A DNA stretch of 34,344 bases, from positions 1-34,344 of IMG/VR virus record IMGVR_UViG_3300005662_000117. The stretch is one strand, 5' to 3'. The notes under the pieces are model-generated. The model ran no database searches. It was not told the origin of the DNA and saw only the letters and a list, made by a program, of their open reading frames with translations. The position numbers were made by a program, and so were the translations under genes. Positions 1 through 9,700 of the stretch are shown here, piece after piece (the stretch's first letter is position 1; the number at the start of each line of letters is the position of its first letter). This DNA is from a virus (taxonomy: Duplodnaviria > Caudoviricetes).

Positions 1-1
1 C

Positions 2-1045
2 ACTGGTGCTACTTCTGCCGGCAACGTCGCAACACTAAATCGCGTGATCCTTCCAGTGATCCGTCGCGTTATGCCAACCGTTATTGCTAACGAGTTAGTT
101 GGTGTACAACCAATGACTGGCCCAGTTGGTCAGATCCATACACTACGTGTTCGCTACAGCGATACACTAAGTGGCACATATGGCGCTACTGCTGGTGAAG
201 AGGCTCTAAGCCCATTCAAGATTGCAGAAGGCTATTCTGCTAACGACGGTTCATCAACTAAAGCAGCTTCAACAGCAGCTCTAGAAGGTGCAGCTGGTAA
301 GCGTTTAAGCATTCAGATCTTGAAGCAAACTGTTGAAGCGAAGACACGTAAATTGTCAGCTCGCTGGACATTTGAAGCTGCTCAAGATGCACAAGCCCAA
401 CAAGGCATTGACATCGAAGCAGAAATTATGGCTGCTTTGGCACAAGAAATTACTGCTGAAATTGACCAAGAAGTTATCGGTAGCTTGGCTACTTTAGCTG
501 CTTCTAACGGTAACGTTCAAGCATACAACCAAGCAACTGTATCAGGTACTGCTACATTCGTTGGTGACGAACACGCTGCTTTAGCTGTTCTAATCAACCG
601 TGCTGCTAACATCATCGCTCAACGTACACGTCGCGGTGCTGGTAACTGGGCTGTTGTTTCACCACAAGCATTGACAATTCTACAATCTGCTACTACAAGC
701 GCATTTGCTCGTACAACAGAAGGTACATTTGAAGCACCTACAAACACTAAGTTTGTTGGTACATTGAACGGTGCTATGAAGGTATATGTAAACAGCTACG
801 CTGCTGATAACTCAGCTGTATTAGTTGGTTACAAAGGTTCTTCAGAGTCAGATGCAGCAGCATTCTATTGCCCATACATTCCATTGATGAGCAGTGGTGT
901 TGTTCTTGACCCATCAACATTCGAACCAGTCGTATCATTTATGACACGTTACGGTTATGTTGAGTTGTCAAATACTGCGTCATCTCTAGGTAACGCAGCA
1001 GACTACTTAGGTAGCGTTTCAATTACTGGTGTTTCATTCCAGTAA
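2..1045 (+). CDS. gp23: Major capsid protein, T4 gp23-like (5' truncated by window edge)
   Basis: The frame is open from base 2 (TGATSAGNVATLNRVILPVIRR), so the GTG at 44 is not the real start. It carries gp23-family motifs GVQPMTGPVGQI, VEAKTRKLSARWTFEAAQD, EITAEIDQE, FYCPYIPL and FMTRYG, and is followed by a terminator. Confidence 0.95.
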   Translation, partial: TGATSAGNVATLNRVILPVIRRVMPTVIANELVGVQPMTGPVGQIHTLRVRYSDTLSGTYGATAGEEALSPFKIAEGYSANDGSSTKAASTAALEGAAGKRLSIQILKQTVEAKTRKLSARWTFEAAQDAQAQQGIDIEAEIMAALAQEITAEIDQEVIGSLATLAASNGNVQAYNQATVSGTATFVGDEHAALAVLINRAANIIAQRTRRGAGNWAVVSPQALTILQSATTSAFARTTEGTFEAPTNTKFVGTLNGAMKVYVNSYAADNSAVLVGYKGSSESDAAAFYCPYIPLMSSGVVLDPSTFEPVVSFMTRYGYVELSNTASSLGNAADYLGSVSITGVSFQ

Positions 1046-1067
1046 TATTGCATTAAGTGTAATACAG

Positions 1068-1092
1068 AAAGGACTCTTCGGAGTCCTTTTTT
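1068..1092 (+). terminator. Rho-independent terminator after the capsid gene
   Basis: AAAGGACTC-TTCG-GAGTCCTTT stem with a UUCG tetraloop, followed by a T-run. Confidence 0.92.
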
Positions 1093-1116
1093 GTTGACTT
1101 GTAACTCTTTAACAAT

Positions 1117-1129
1117 CGATAAATACTTT
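1117..1129 (+). promoter_or_regulatory. Late promoter motif CGATAAATACTTT (resembles T4 TATAAATA)
   Basis: The identical 13-mer recurs at 4870-4882, and a TAAATA core precedes several other structural genes. Confidence 0.7.
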
Positions 1130-1195
1130 GTCTAGAAGATTTATGCGGTACCCGCCGCGTAGGCCTAGAACGCCATTAACTCAAGGAGAAAACAA

Positions 1196-1624
1196 ATGGG
1201 ACGTCCTTTAAAGAAAGATGTATTCGGCACAAATGCAATTAGGTCATTTGCCACAACAGAAGCAGGTATGTTAGTTCAGGGATTTTTTACAGCTGACAGC
1301 GGACTTCAAGAAGATTATCAAATCGTAAAACAGCGTGGAGCAAAAACTTTTGTTGTTATGCGCCAAGCCACTGACAACTTCACTGACGCTGAAAGTCAAA
1401 CTAACTTGACATCTACAAATTTAAGAATTGGTGTTCTTGTATCAGGACAGCCAGCAGCTGACGGTGAAATTCGTATCCGTGGATCTGTTACAGGACAAAC
1501 ACCTGGAGCAGTTGCTATTGCAAAATTCACCAAGCGTGTTGCTACAGATTTCAGTGGCAATCGTTATACATGGGTATTAGACAACGACTCATCAGCAGAT
1601 GTAATTATTTTAACAGCTATCTAA
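1196..1624 (+). CDS. Hypothetical virion protein immediately downstream of the capsid gene
   Basis: 142-aa ORF with a strong AAGGAG RBS and a late promoter; function inferred from position only. Confidence 0.75.
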   Translation: MGRPLKKDVFGTNAIRSFATTEAGMLVQGFFTADSGLQEDYQIVKQRGAKTFVVMRQATDNFTDAESQTNLTSTNLRIGVLVSGQPAADGEIRIRGSVTGQTPGAVAIAKFTKRVATDFSGNRYTWVLDNDSSADVIILTAI

Positions 1625-1631
1625 TATAAAC

Positions 1632-2603
1632 ATGTCTAAAGTCGTCAAAGTTCAAGGTGACTATCAAGTAGTCACACAGCTCGGTGGAAACATCGTACTA
1701 AACACGGGTCCAGGTGTTGGCTTAACAACTGTTACTGGTGATTTATTAGTACAAGGTAATACAACGACTATTACTTCAGAAACTTTGGAGATTTCAGATA
1801 GGGTTTTATATTTAAACGTAGGTGAAACATTAGCGGGCGTTGGAGGAGGAACTGATTTTTCAGGACTTACTATTGAACGTGGGTTACTCCAAGACGCCAG
1901 CTTTGTGTTTGACGAAAATCTTTCGTTTACAACACCAACTGGCACAATTATAGATGGTGCATTTACATTTAGAAATTCTGCTGGTACACTAATAGGTTTA
2001 CAAACAAATAGTTTGTTCACCGGCGGCAGCAACTTAGAAATTAACACAGGCACTGGGATCATTTCAGTTAATTCGTCAAACGATTATTCTGCAAACGTAG
2101 CTCTAGCTGGCCCAAACGCAATCCCAAATAAAGGGTATGTGCAAACATACGTATTGGATTTGATTGCTGAAGCTCCTATTGCAGGTTTTAGAAAATATAA
2201 TGGACTAACACCGTTGGACACTTCAGGAATAGCATTTGATACTGGTGCTGGAGATCTCGCAAGTAGAATAGAATTTACCATAGACGGGGTGCTTGAAGCT
2301 ACAGTTAATACTTCTGGTCTTTTGGTAAATCAAATTCAATTAGGTGGAACAAGTGGTTACGAAATTAATACCACAACTGGTTTTCCGCTAACTATTAAAT
2401 CAAATACAAATTTGGTGGATATTGACTCGGTTTTAAGTTTGTCAGATCAATCTTCAATACCAAGTAGTACTGCTGGCAAAAACAAAATGTACAGTCAAGC
2501 AACACAAGGTCCTGGAGCAACGGGATTATTTTTTACAAACACAACCACTGCTGATGAGTTAGTAAGCAGACGTAGATCGTTAGTGTTTAGTATGATATTT
2601 TAA
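1632..2603 (+). CDS. Putative tail/baseplate-associated fibrous structural protein
   Basis: 323 aa, rich in G/T/N beta-strands, with a fibre-type VTGDLLVQGNTTTI motif and a hydrophobic C-terminus (SLVFSMIF). Confidence 0.7.
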   Translation: MSKVVKVQGDYQVVTQLGGNIVLNTGPGVGLTTVTGDLLVQGNTTTITSETLEISDRVLYLNVGETLAGVGGGTDFSGLTIERGLLQDASFVFDENLSFTTPTGTIIDGAFTFRNSAGTLIGLQTNSLFTGGSNLEINTGTGIISVNSSNDYSANVALAGPNAIPNKGYVQTYVLDLIAEAPIAGFRKYNGLTPLDTSGIAFDTGAGDLASRIEFTIDGVLEATVNTSGLLVNQIQLGGTSGYEINTTTGFPLTIKSNTNLVDIDSVLSLSDQSSIPSSTAGKNKMYSQATQGPGATGLFFTNTTTADELVSRRRSLVFSMIF

Positions 2604-2612
2604 GGAATAGAC

Positions 2613-2936
2613 ATGGCAATCCAAAGCGCATTAGTAACAACATCATCGGCAGCAATTTATGGTCCAGTGGCATCTGGACAAGAACATGCTATTACTACTC
2701 TATTCTTTTGCAACTATAGCGTGTCTGACGTAGTTTTACAGTCAGTTAATCTTGTAAAATCAACAGCATCCGCTACTAATACAAATAAAATTATTCATAA
2801 TTTAACAATCCCAGCTGGCGAAACATTTACATTTGATGCAGAAAAAATTGTATTAGAGGCAGGAGATAAAGTAGAAGCTATTGCAGATACAAATACACGA
2901 TTAAGCGTTACAGTTTCATCATTGAGGGTAGCGTAA
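2613..2936 (+). CDS. Small putative structural beta-sandwich protein (paralogue of 6040-6369)
   Basis: 107 aa with an AAGGA RBS. IPAGETFTFDAEKIVLEAGDKV aligns with IPPGSSLRVVNQGEKLIMATENQL. Confidence 0.7.
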   Translation: MAIQSALVTTSSAAIYGPVASGQEHAITTLFFCNYSVSDVVLQSVNLVKSTASATNTNKIIHNLTIPAGETFTFDAEKIVLEAGDKVEAIADTNTRLSVTVSSLRVA

Positions 2937-2937
2937 T

Positions 2938-3702
2938 ATGAGATTTCTAAAAAAATCTCAACTTAGTCCGTATAATGTCAAGGACAACGGTGTTGCCATT
3001 GACCATAACAGACAAATTATTATGGAGTCAACAAATAGCTTGTTGATACCAAGTGGTCCCAACGGCTCACGTCCAGCAACTCCAATTGAAGGACACATAC
3101 GTTATAACGAAACTTCTGGTGAATTAGAAGCACGTCAAGGTGGTGCATGGAGACAATTTAGATATAAAGAGTCAGGCGGCATCACACAACAAACATTGGG
3201 TACAGGTGACTATGTTGAGACAACATTTGGGCCATTGAGTCCAGCTCCACCCACAACCGCAGCAAGCGGAACAACTTGGACTGGAGCAAACTTATTGGTC
3301 ATTGTTGAAAACGTAATACAATTATTCAACACAAACTATACCATTGTTCAGAACCCGGCGAATGTAACTGCGTCCGTTATTTCTTTCAACAGTGCGTCAA
3401 AATTTATTATTAGCGGTAGTACTGCGGTAGTAAATTTTATTGACAAGGGATTTAGAATTGATCAAAAAATTGTTGTAACTGGATCTGCAAACAACAATGC
3501 TACATTTACTATTACCAACGTGCTAGAAGACATATTAACAGTTGCAGAAACAGTTAACGATGAAGCAGCAGGCGCCACAGTTTCTATTGTTGGACGAGCA
3601 AGTGATGACTTAACCCCATACACAACAGGTTATTATTGTGTGTTTGGTGAAGCAGTTCCAAGTTTAAAACCAGTCACCGTACTACACGGTTTTGACCAGT
3701 AA
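2938..3702 (+). CDS. Putative baseplate/tail structural protein
   Basis: 254 aa; contains the IPxG..xRP....GxIRYN....E...G..W module also present in the next two genes. Confidence 0.7.
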   Translation: MRFLKKSQLSPYNVKDNGVAIDHNRQIIMESTNSLLIPSGPNGSRPATPIEGHIRYNETSGELEARQGGAWRQFRYKESGGITQQTLGTGDYVETTFGPLSPAPPTTAASGTTWTGANLLVIVENVIQLFNTNYTIVQNPANVTASVISFNSASKFIISGSTAVVNFIDKGFRIDQKIVVTGSANNNATFTITNVLEDILTVAETVNDEAAGATVSIVGRASDDLTPYTTGYYCVFGEAVPSLKPVTVLHGFDQ

Positions 3703-3712
3703 GGGGTAAAAT

Positions 3713-4858
3713 ATGCCAGTATCAGGCGGCGGCGGACCTCCAAGCGGACCATTATATAATCCAGCTCCAGTAAGCTATACTGGAAATGGTAGTCTTGGTC
3801 GTATCAGTGGAAAGCTTCTAAGCGCCAACTTGATCCGTGATGGTGTTGACCTCACTTTTAGAAACGGTCCAACAGATCCTGATTTAGTTTACTTTGACGT
3901 AACTGGCAATAAGCTGGGATTTAACACTGACAATCCTCTTTATGATTTAGATGTTAATGGTCTTTTAGATACTAACATACTAAGTATCACAACAACTGCC
4001 ACAATTGGCAATGTTAAAATCAATGCAGATGGATCTTTTAGCACAGTTACTGGTGCATTGAATATTAGTCCACTAGGGACTACACCTACAATTTCACATG
4101 ATAGACTTACAACAAGTTTATTACAAATCAACGATAACTTTATTAGTGCAAATGTTACTGATGGTAACGTAATATTTGACCCCAACGGCAGCGGCGCAAT
4201 CAATTTACAAAGCAGTGTGGTTAATACTGGTGGAATTGATGTTACTGGAAATATCAACATCCAAGGGAATTTATCCTATGGTGGTAGCTTAATACTGGGT
4301 GATGCCGCAGCAGACGCACTAGACTTTAATGGCGAATTTGACAAAGCTCTTTTGCCAGGAGTTGACAATTATTATAACTTGGGCGCACCAGGCAAGGCAT
4401 GGGCATTACTGCGAGTAGCCAACGCTGAAATTGGAAGTCTAAGTCAAAATTCCATCCTTGTAGACAATAAATTATACATTGCCAACAGTGCAAATGACAT
4501 CGCTGCCACGCAAGGTAATGATCCAATTTATATCAATCCAGATACAAGAGTTATCTATTTAGAAGATTTCAAAATAGAAAATAACATAATCACAAATCAA
4601 CTTAATACCCCGGTAACCTTTACTTCTACTGGTACAGGATACCTTCAATTTACTGACACAAATGCATTTATTATTCCAGTTGGAGACAATTCTCAACGCG
4701 GTTTTACTGAAGTTGGCGAGACACGATGGAATACTGAAGTAGGATATATGGAATGCTTTGATGGCTCAGTATACTATGTTGCTACTGGCCCTGGAGAATT
4801 TTTAACTCCAGAAGATATGCAAGAACTTGGTAACGTTTATAGCATTATCCTGGGCTAA
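3713..4858 (+). CDS. Putative tail fibre/baseplate protein (paralogue of 4977-6032)
   Basis: 381 aa. GRISGKLLSANLIRDGVDLTF matches GRISGPLLKSNLIRDGVNLAF of the next gene, and similarity is colinear to the C-terminus. Confidence 0.75.
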   Translation: MPVSGGGGPPSGPLYNPAPVSYTGNGSLGRISGKLLSANLIRDGVDLTFRNGPTDPDLVYFDVTGNKLGFNTDNPLYDLDVNGLLDTNILSITTTATIGNVKINADGSFSTVTGALNISPLGTTPTISHDRLTTSLLQINDNFISANVTDGNVIFDPNGSGAINLQSSVVNTGGIDVTGNINIQGNLSYGGSLILGDAAADALDFNGEFDKALLPGVDNYYNLGAPGKAWALLRVANAEIGSLSQNSILVDNKLYIANSANDIAATQGNDPIYINPDTRVIYLEDFKIENNIITNQLNTPVTFTSTGTGYLQFTDTNAFIIPVGDNSQRGFTEVGETRWNTEVGYMECFDGSVYYVATGPGEFLTPEDMQELGNVYSIILG

Positions 4859-4869
4859 TTTAACCAATC

Positions 4870-4882
4870 CGATAAATACTTT
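4870..4882 (+). promoter_or_regulatory. Late promoter motif CGATAAATACTTT
   Basis: Identical to 1117-1129; intergenic and upstream of a structural gene. Confidence 0.7.
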
Positions 4883-4885
4883 TAC

Positions 4886-4972
4886 TGTAAAGACAGACCA
4901 TGTTTTTGCGATATTCAACTGTGGTAAACCCGCAATGTAAGGTGGTTAACCGTGAAACACGGGGTTAAGGAG
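4886..4972 (+). promoter_or_regulatory. Candidate structured 5' leader or tandem operator upstream of 4977
   Basis: Hairpin 4886-4910; GTGGTAAACC and GTGGTTAACC 21 bp apart; CCGTG-AAA-CACGG hairpin close to the AGGAG RBS. Confidence 0.45.
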
Positions 4973-4976
4973 AGCT

Positions 4977-6032
4977 ATGGCTATTGGTCGCATTTCAGGT
5001 CCGCTCTTAAAGTCAAACTTGATCCGTGACGGGGTCAACTTAGCCTTTGAGACCGACTTATTATTTCTTGATGTTAATAACTCTCGTATAGGGGTGAATA
5101 CTGCCAGTCCGACGACAGATTTGGATGTTAACGGTACAACCCGCACTACTAACTTAACCATAAATGATCAACTAGATGTAGGCAATTTACACATTACTGA
5201 AAATACTATCAGCAGTGATTTGTCAACAATTACATTTAGTCCAGCAGCAACAAACCCAACAATATACCATGCTAAATTGCAAGTGGATGACTTGCAATTT
5301 ACTACCAACACGATTTCTACAACAGTAACTGATAGAAATTTAGATATCAGTGCAAACGGATCTGGAGTAATTAACCTAATAGCAAACACTAATGTTACTG
5401 GAAATTTAGATGTTACAGGAGATGTAACAGCTACTGGAAATATTGTAGTTGGTGGAAATATCACAATTGGCGATTCAACTACAGATACTATCACAGTTAA
5501 TGCTAGCATTACCAGCGACCTAGTACCAACAACCACCAACACCTACGACATTGGTTCTCCTGATTTACAGTGGAATAACTTGTATGTTAGTAACGTGTTT
5601 GCAGATACTGCAAACCTAGTTTCACTATCTATTGGACAGTTAATTTTTAATGGTAATGAAATTAATACTACTACAGGACAAGATTTATATCTAAGAGGTG
5701 CTGGAACTGGTGGTGTAATATTAGATAATATCAAAATTCTTGGTAATACAATTACTAATATTGCCAATAACGCAATTACAGAAATTGCACAATCAGGAAC
5801 TGGCTACTTTAAAATTGTAGGTACAAACGGTTTTGTACCCCCAAGAGGAACTGAATTGCAACGTCCTTCCCCATCCAATTCTGTGCTGGGCATGACACGA
5901 TACAATATTGTATCAAAAGCATTAGAAGTATTTGACGGTGTAGGTTGGTCTAGTCCATCAGGTTCTGCTGGTGCAGTTTCAGCTCAAGTTGCTGAAGATA
6001 CAGCAATCTCTTTTGCAATATCATTAGGATAA
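4977..6032 (+). CDS. Putative tail fibre/baseplate protein
   Basis: 351 aa with an AGGAG RBS, a RIGVNTASPTTDLDVNG fibre motif and VTGNLDVTG repeats; ends FAISLG. Confidence 0.78.
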   Translation: MAIGRISGPLLKSNLIRDGVNLAFETDLLFLDVNNSRIGVNTASPTTDLDVNGTTRTTNLTINDQLDVGNLHITENTISSDLSTITFSPAATNPTIYHAKLQVDDLQFTTNTISTTVTDRNLDISANGSGVINLIANTNVTGNLDVTGDVTATGNIVVGGNITIGDSTTDTITVNASITSDLVPTTTNTYDIGSPDLQWNNLYVSNVFADTANLVSLSIGQLIFNGNEINTTTGQDLYLRGAGTGGVILDNIKILGNTITNIANNAITEIAQSGTGYFKIVGTNGFVPPRGTELQRPSPSNSVLGMTRYNIVSKALEVFDGVGWSSPSGSAGAVSAQVAEDTAISFAISLG

Positions 6033-6039
6033 TAAGAAC

Positions 6040-6369
6040 ATGGCAACGACATTTAAAAACGTAGTAGTAAAAGGTGTTGGGACTAATCTAGCAACGCTAG
6101 TACAAACAACCAACTTAACAAGATGCACAGTTATTGGTTTAAGTTTAACTAATATCACTGGAAGTAATACCATTGTAGATGTACTAGTTGAAGATGACAC
6201 AAGCACACAAGGCTATTATGTGAAGGGCGTTATTATCCCTCCAGGTAGTAGTTTAAGAGTTGTAAACCAAGGCGAAAAACTTATTATGGCCACAGAAAAT
6301 CAGTTGCTAGTTCGTGCAACTCAGCCCAATAGTATTGATGCTATTGTAAGTTTCGTTGAAATTTATTAA
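6040..6369 (+). CDS. Small putative structural beta-sandwich protein
   Basis: 109 aa; paralogue of 2613-2936, tightly packed in the operon. Confidence 0.7.
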   Translation: MATTFKNVVVKGVGTNLATLVQTTNLTRCTVIGLSLTNITGSNTIVDVLVEDDTSTQGYYVKGVIIPPGSSLRVVNQGEKLIMATENQLLVRATQPNSIDAIVSFVEIY

Positions 6370-6380
6370 GGTACTAGATT

Positions 6381-6731
6381 ATGACATATTTTTTAGGTAA
6401 TAGTGCAGCAGACCTACTACAAGGTAAACCAAGATACTTTTACGGACTACGTAGAAGTGATGCTGGCGATGTTTATATTGATCGCATTGATCAATTAAAT
6501 GGAGAAGCAGTTGTAATTAATAACCCAGGTGACTCGAACGAAAGTTACGAAAAGTTTGCAGTGGGTTTAGATTTTTTAAATGGACGTGCAGTTAATCACG
6601 AATTAGTGTATGCAAATCTCAAATACGAACAGTATCGTTGGGATGATAGACTTTTAAGTTATTACATTGACGAAGATGGTAACTTAGCAGTGCTGGTGGG
6701 CGAGGATCGCACATACCCAGCTGATGTATAA
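6381..6731 (+). CDS. Small hypothetical structural/adaptor protein
   Basis: 116 aa in the operon; its C-terminal YYIDEDGNLAVLV resembles the end of the 6765-10355 protein. Confidence 0.65.
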   Translation: MTYFLGNSAADLLQGKPRYFYGLRRSDAGDVYIDRIDQLNGEAVVINNPGDSNESYEKFAVGLDFLNGRAVNHELVYANLKYEQYRWDDRLLSYYIDEDGNLAVLVGEDRTYPADV

Positions 6732-6732
6732 A

Positions 6733-6740
6733 GATAAATA
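6733..6740 (+). promoter_or_regulatory. Late promoter motif GATAAATA
   Basis: Intergenic, upstream of the GAGGA RBS of 6765. Confidence 0.55.
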
Positions 6741-6764
6741 AAAAATAGTAGAGGAAATTCAAAA

Positions 6765-9700
6765 ATGGCTGAATTTAAAATTGGTAGATTAAGATTTGTA
6801 TGGCGTGGTCTTTGGACAACTGGTTACGACTATGTTAAAGACGATGTTGTACGTGTAGGCGGCAGTTCATATGTGTGTATTGCTGGGCACGAGTCCAGTG
6901 TTGCATTCAGTACTGATGCCGCAAATTGGGAAAGAATGCAAGAAGGTATTCTTTACAGAGCAGCATGGGCTCCAGCAACAATTTATGAAAACAATGATAT
7001 CGTTGTATACGGTGGTATTGCATATATTGTTACAACAGCGCACACTAGTATATCAACATTTGAACCTTCAAAATTCTCAGTACTAGTACAAGGTTTTGAT
7101 TACAAAGGTGTTTGGAGCGGCAGTAGCGTACTTTATAAGTTAAACGACTTGGTCAAATATGGTCCAAACGTTTATCTATGTACTACTAGCCACACTAGCT
7201 CGGCATCATTTAACGCAGCTAATTTTAGCTTATTTGTACCAGGTCTTGAATTTGAAGACGCATGGAGCAACTCTACTACGTACCAAATTGGTGACATTGT
7301 AACATACGGCGGATATGCTTATGTTTCTCAACAAAACCACAGCGGTCAAACTCCTTCTACTGCAACATCATATTGGGAATTACTAACAACTGGTTATAAG
7401 AACCAAGGTACTTGGACTTCAGTGACAAGTTACAAAGTTGGTGATGTTGTACAATTTGGTGGTAACACATACGAAGCAATTGTCGATAACAGTAACCAAG
7501 TAGCAACAAATACCAGCTATTGGAAGTTAATTGTTCAAGGTCTAAACTTTATTGGCAACTGGGCATCAGCTCAGGCATACAAAATTGGCGACGTTGTTAA
7601 TTACGGAAGCAGCAGCTATCGTGTTAAAGTATCACACACTTCAGGCAACACTGGCGCATTACGTCCAGATTTGGACATCAGTGCAGTTAACTACGGGTTA
7701 TTATCTGAAGGTGACAGCAACTATGTAACACTAAACCGCGGTGATATGATTGCTCGCGGAGCAAGTGCAAACTACAATATTCCATTAGGTACAGCTGGCC
7801 AAATTTTACGTTCAGACGGAACAGATCCAGTATGGGCCACATTTGGTGCAAGAACAAAAGTTTATTATGTAGCACCAGGCGGTACTGATGCGGCTGGCCA
7901 CGGAACAACTATTGATCGTCCATGGGCAACTATTGCGTATGCTTGTGCAAACGTAACTGGTACAGCAACTATTAGCGTTAAAACTGGAACTTACGCAGAA
8001 TTACTTCCAATTGTAGTTCCAGCTAACGTTTCTTTAGTAGGCGACGAATTACGTACAGTAATTGTTACTCCAGCAAGCGGTGAAGAAGCTAAAGACATGT
8101 TCCGTATGCGTAACGGTTCTAACTTACGCAACATCACAATGAGTGGTTTGGTCAACACATTAGCAGCAGCCGGCGCAAGCGGCACACAACGTACACAAAG
8201 TTCATTTGTTAGTTTAGATCCAGGCACTGGCGCAAGCGATACTAATGCTTGGATTACTACTAAATCTCCGTATCTTCAAAACTGTACTTCATTTGGTACA
8301 GGTGTTTGTGGAATAAAAGTTGACGGTACGTTACACAATGGCGGTAACAAATCCATGGTAGCAAACGACTTTACACAAATTATCGACGGTGGTATTGGCG
8401 TATGGTTAAATGGTAAGGCCAAAGCAGAACTTGTTTCAGTGTTTACATATTTCTGCTACATGGGCTATTTGACAACAAACGGCGGAACAATTCGCGGTGT
8501 TAACGGCAACAACTCATACGGTACATACGGTGCAGTATCAGAAGACGGAGACCCGACAGAAACTCCGTCAACTGGTACAGTTAATAACCGAAACAACGAA
8601 GCAATTATTGGTGCAGTACTAGCTGGTGGTAGTCAAATTATTCAACTTGAAATACTAAACGGTGGTGAAGCTTATTCTAGTTCATCAGTTATCGTTGCAG
8701 GTAATGGCGCTGGTGCAAGTATTACAGCGCAGTATGCAAGCGGAGCAGTTTCAAGAGTTGACATTAGTAACAGCGGTTTGGATCACAAGTATGCATTAAA
8801 CAATGCACAAACAGGTACGAACACAAGTATTACATTGGGTCTAACAGATCAAACAGCAACTAACGCATACAACGGTATGAGAATTACTCTTATCGACGGT
8901 CAAGGTGTTGGACAAACTGGTATTATTACTGCTTACAACGGCGGAACAAAAGTTGCTACTGTTACTACAGATGATGGCACTCCTGGTTGGGATCACTTAA
9001 TCAGCGGAACAACAATTGAAACTGTATTAAACGAAACAACACGCTATAGGATTGAACCGCGTGTACGTTTAACTGGCGGAACTGCTCCAGCAGTGGAAGC
9101 AAAACTACGTGCAGTAGTTGAAGCTGGTGAAATTATTGCAATTCATATTTTAGATGGTGGTTCAGGTTATAATGCAAGTAACTTGCCATCAGTTGTTATT
9201 ACTGATCCAAATGCCAGCGTACTAGCAGTTGCTACAGTTGTAACTAAAAACGGTGCAATTACAAGATTTACATACGCAAACAGAGGAACTTCATACACTA
9301 CTGCTAGTGCAACAATCACTGGTGACGGTTATGCAGACATTTTACAAACTGGCGGCTACTTAAAAGTAAACGGGTTATCAGCAGCTCCTAAAGCAGGTAG
9401 CAACATTGCTATTGCAGGTGATAGCATTACTTACAGAGTAGTTGCGTTCCAAGACCAAAGCGGCTCAAGTCCTAATATTTCTGGTACAATTCGTATCAGC
9501 CCATATATTAGTACAGCTCCAGCACAATCTACAGTAGTTACATTTACAGAACGTTATTCAAATGTGCGTTTAACTGGACATGACTTCTTGAACATTGGTA
9601 CTGGTGGAATTGCAACAACCAACTATCCAGACACACCAAGTCAACTGCCAAGCCAAGCAAACGAAGTTATTGAGTACGGTGGTGGTCGTGTGTTCTACAC

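Noticed and set aside
4921-4970. c-di-GMP-I riboswitch or known self-cleaving ribozyme (GGTAAACC, GAAA)
   Set aside because: The downstream GCAAAG/P2 elements and the hammerhead/twister cores are absent. It is kept only as an unknown structured leader.
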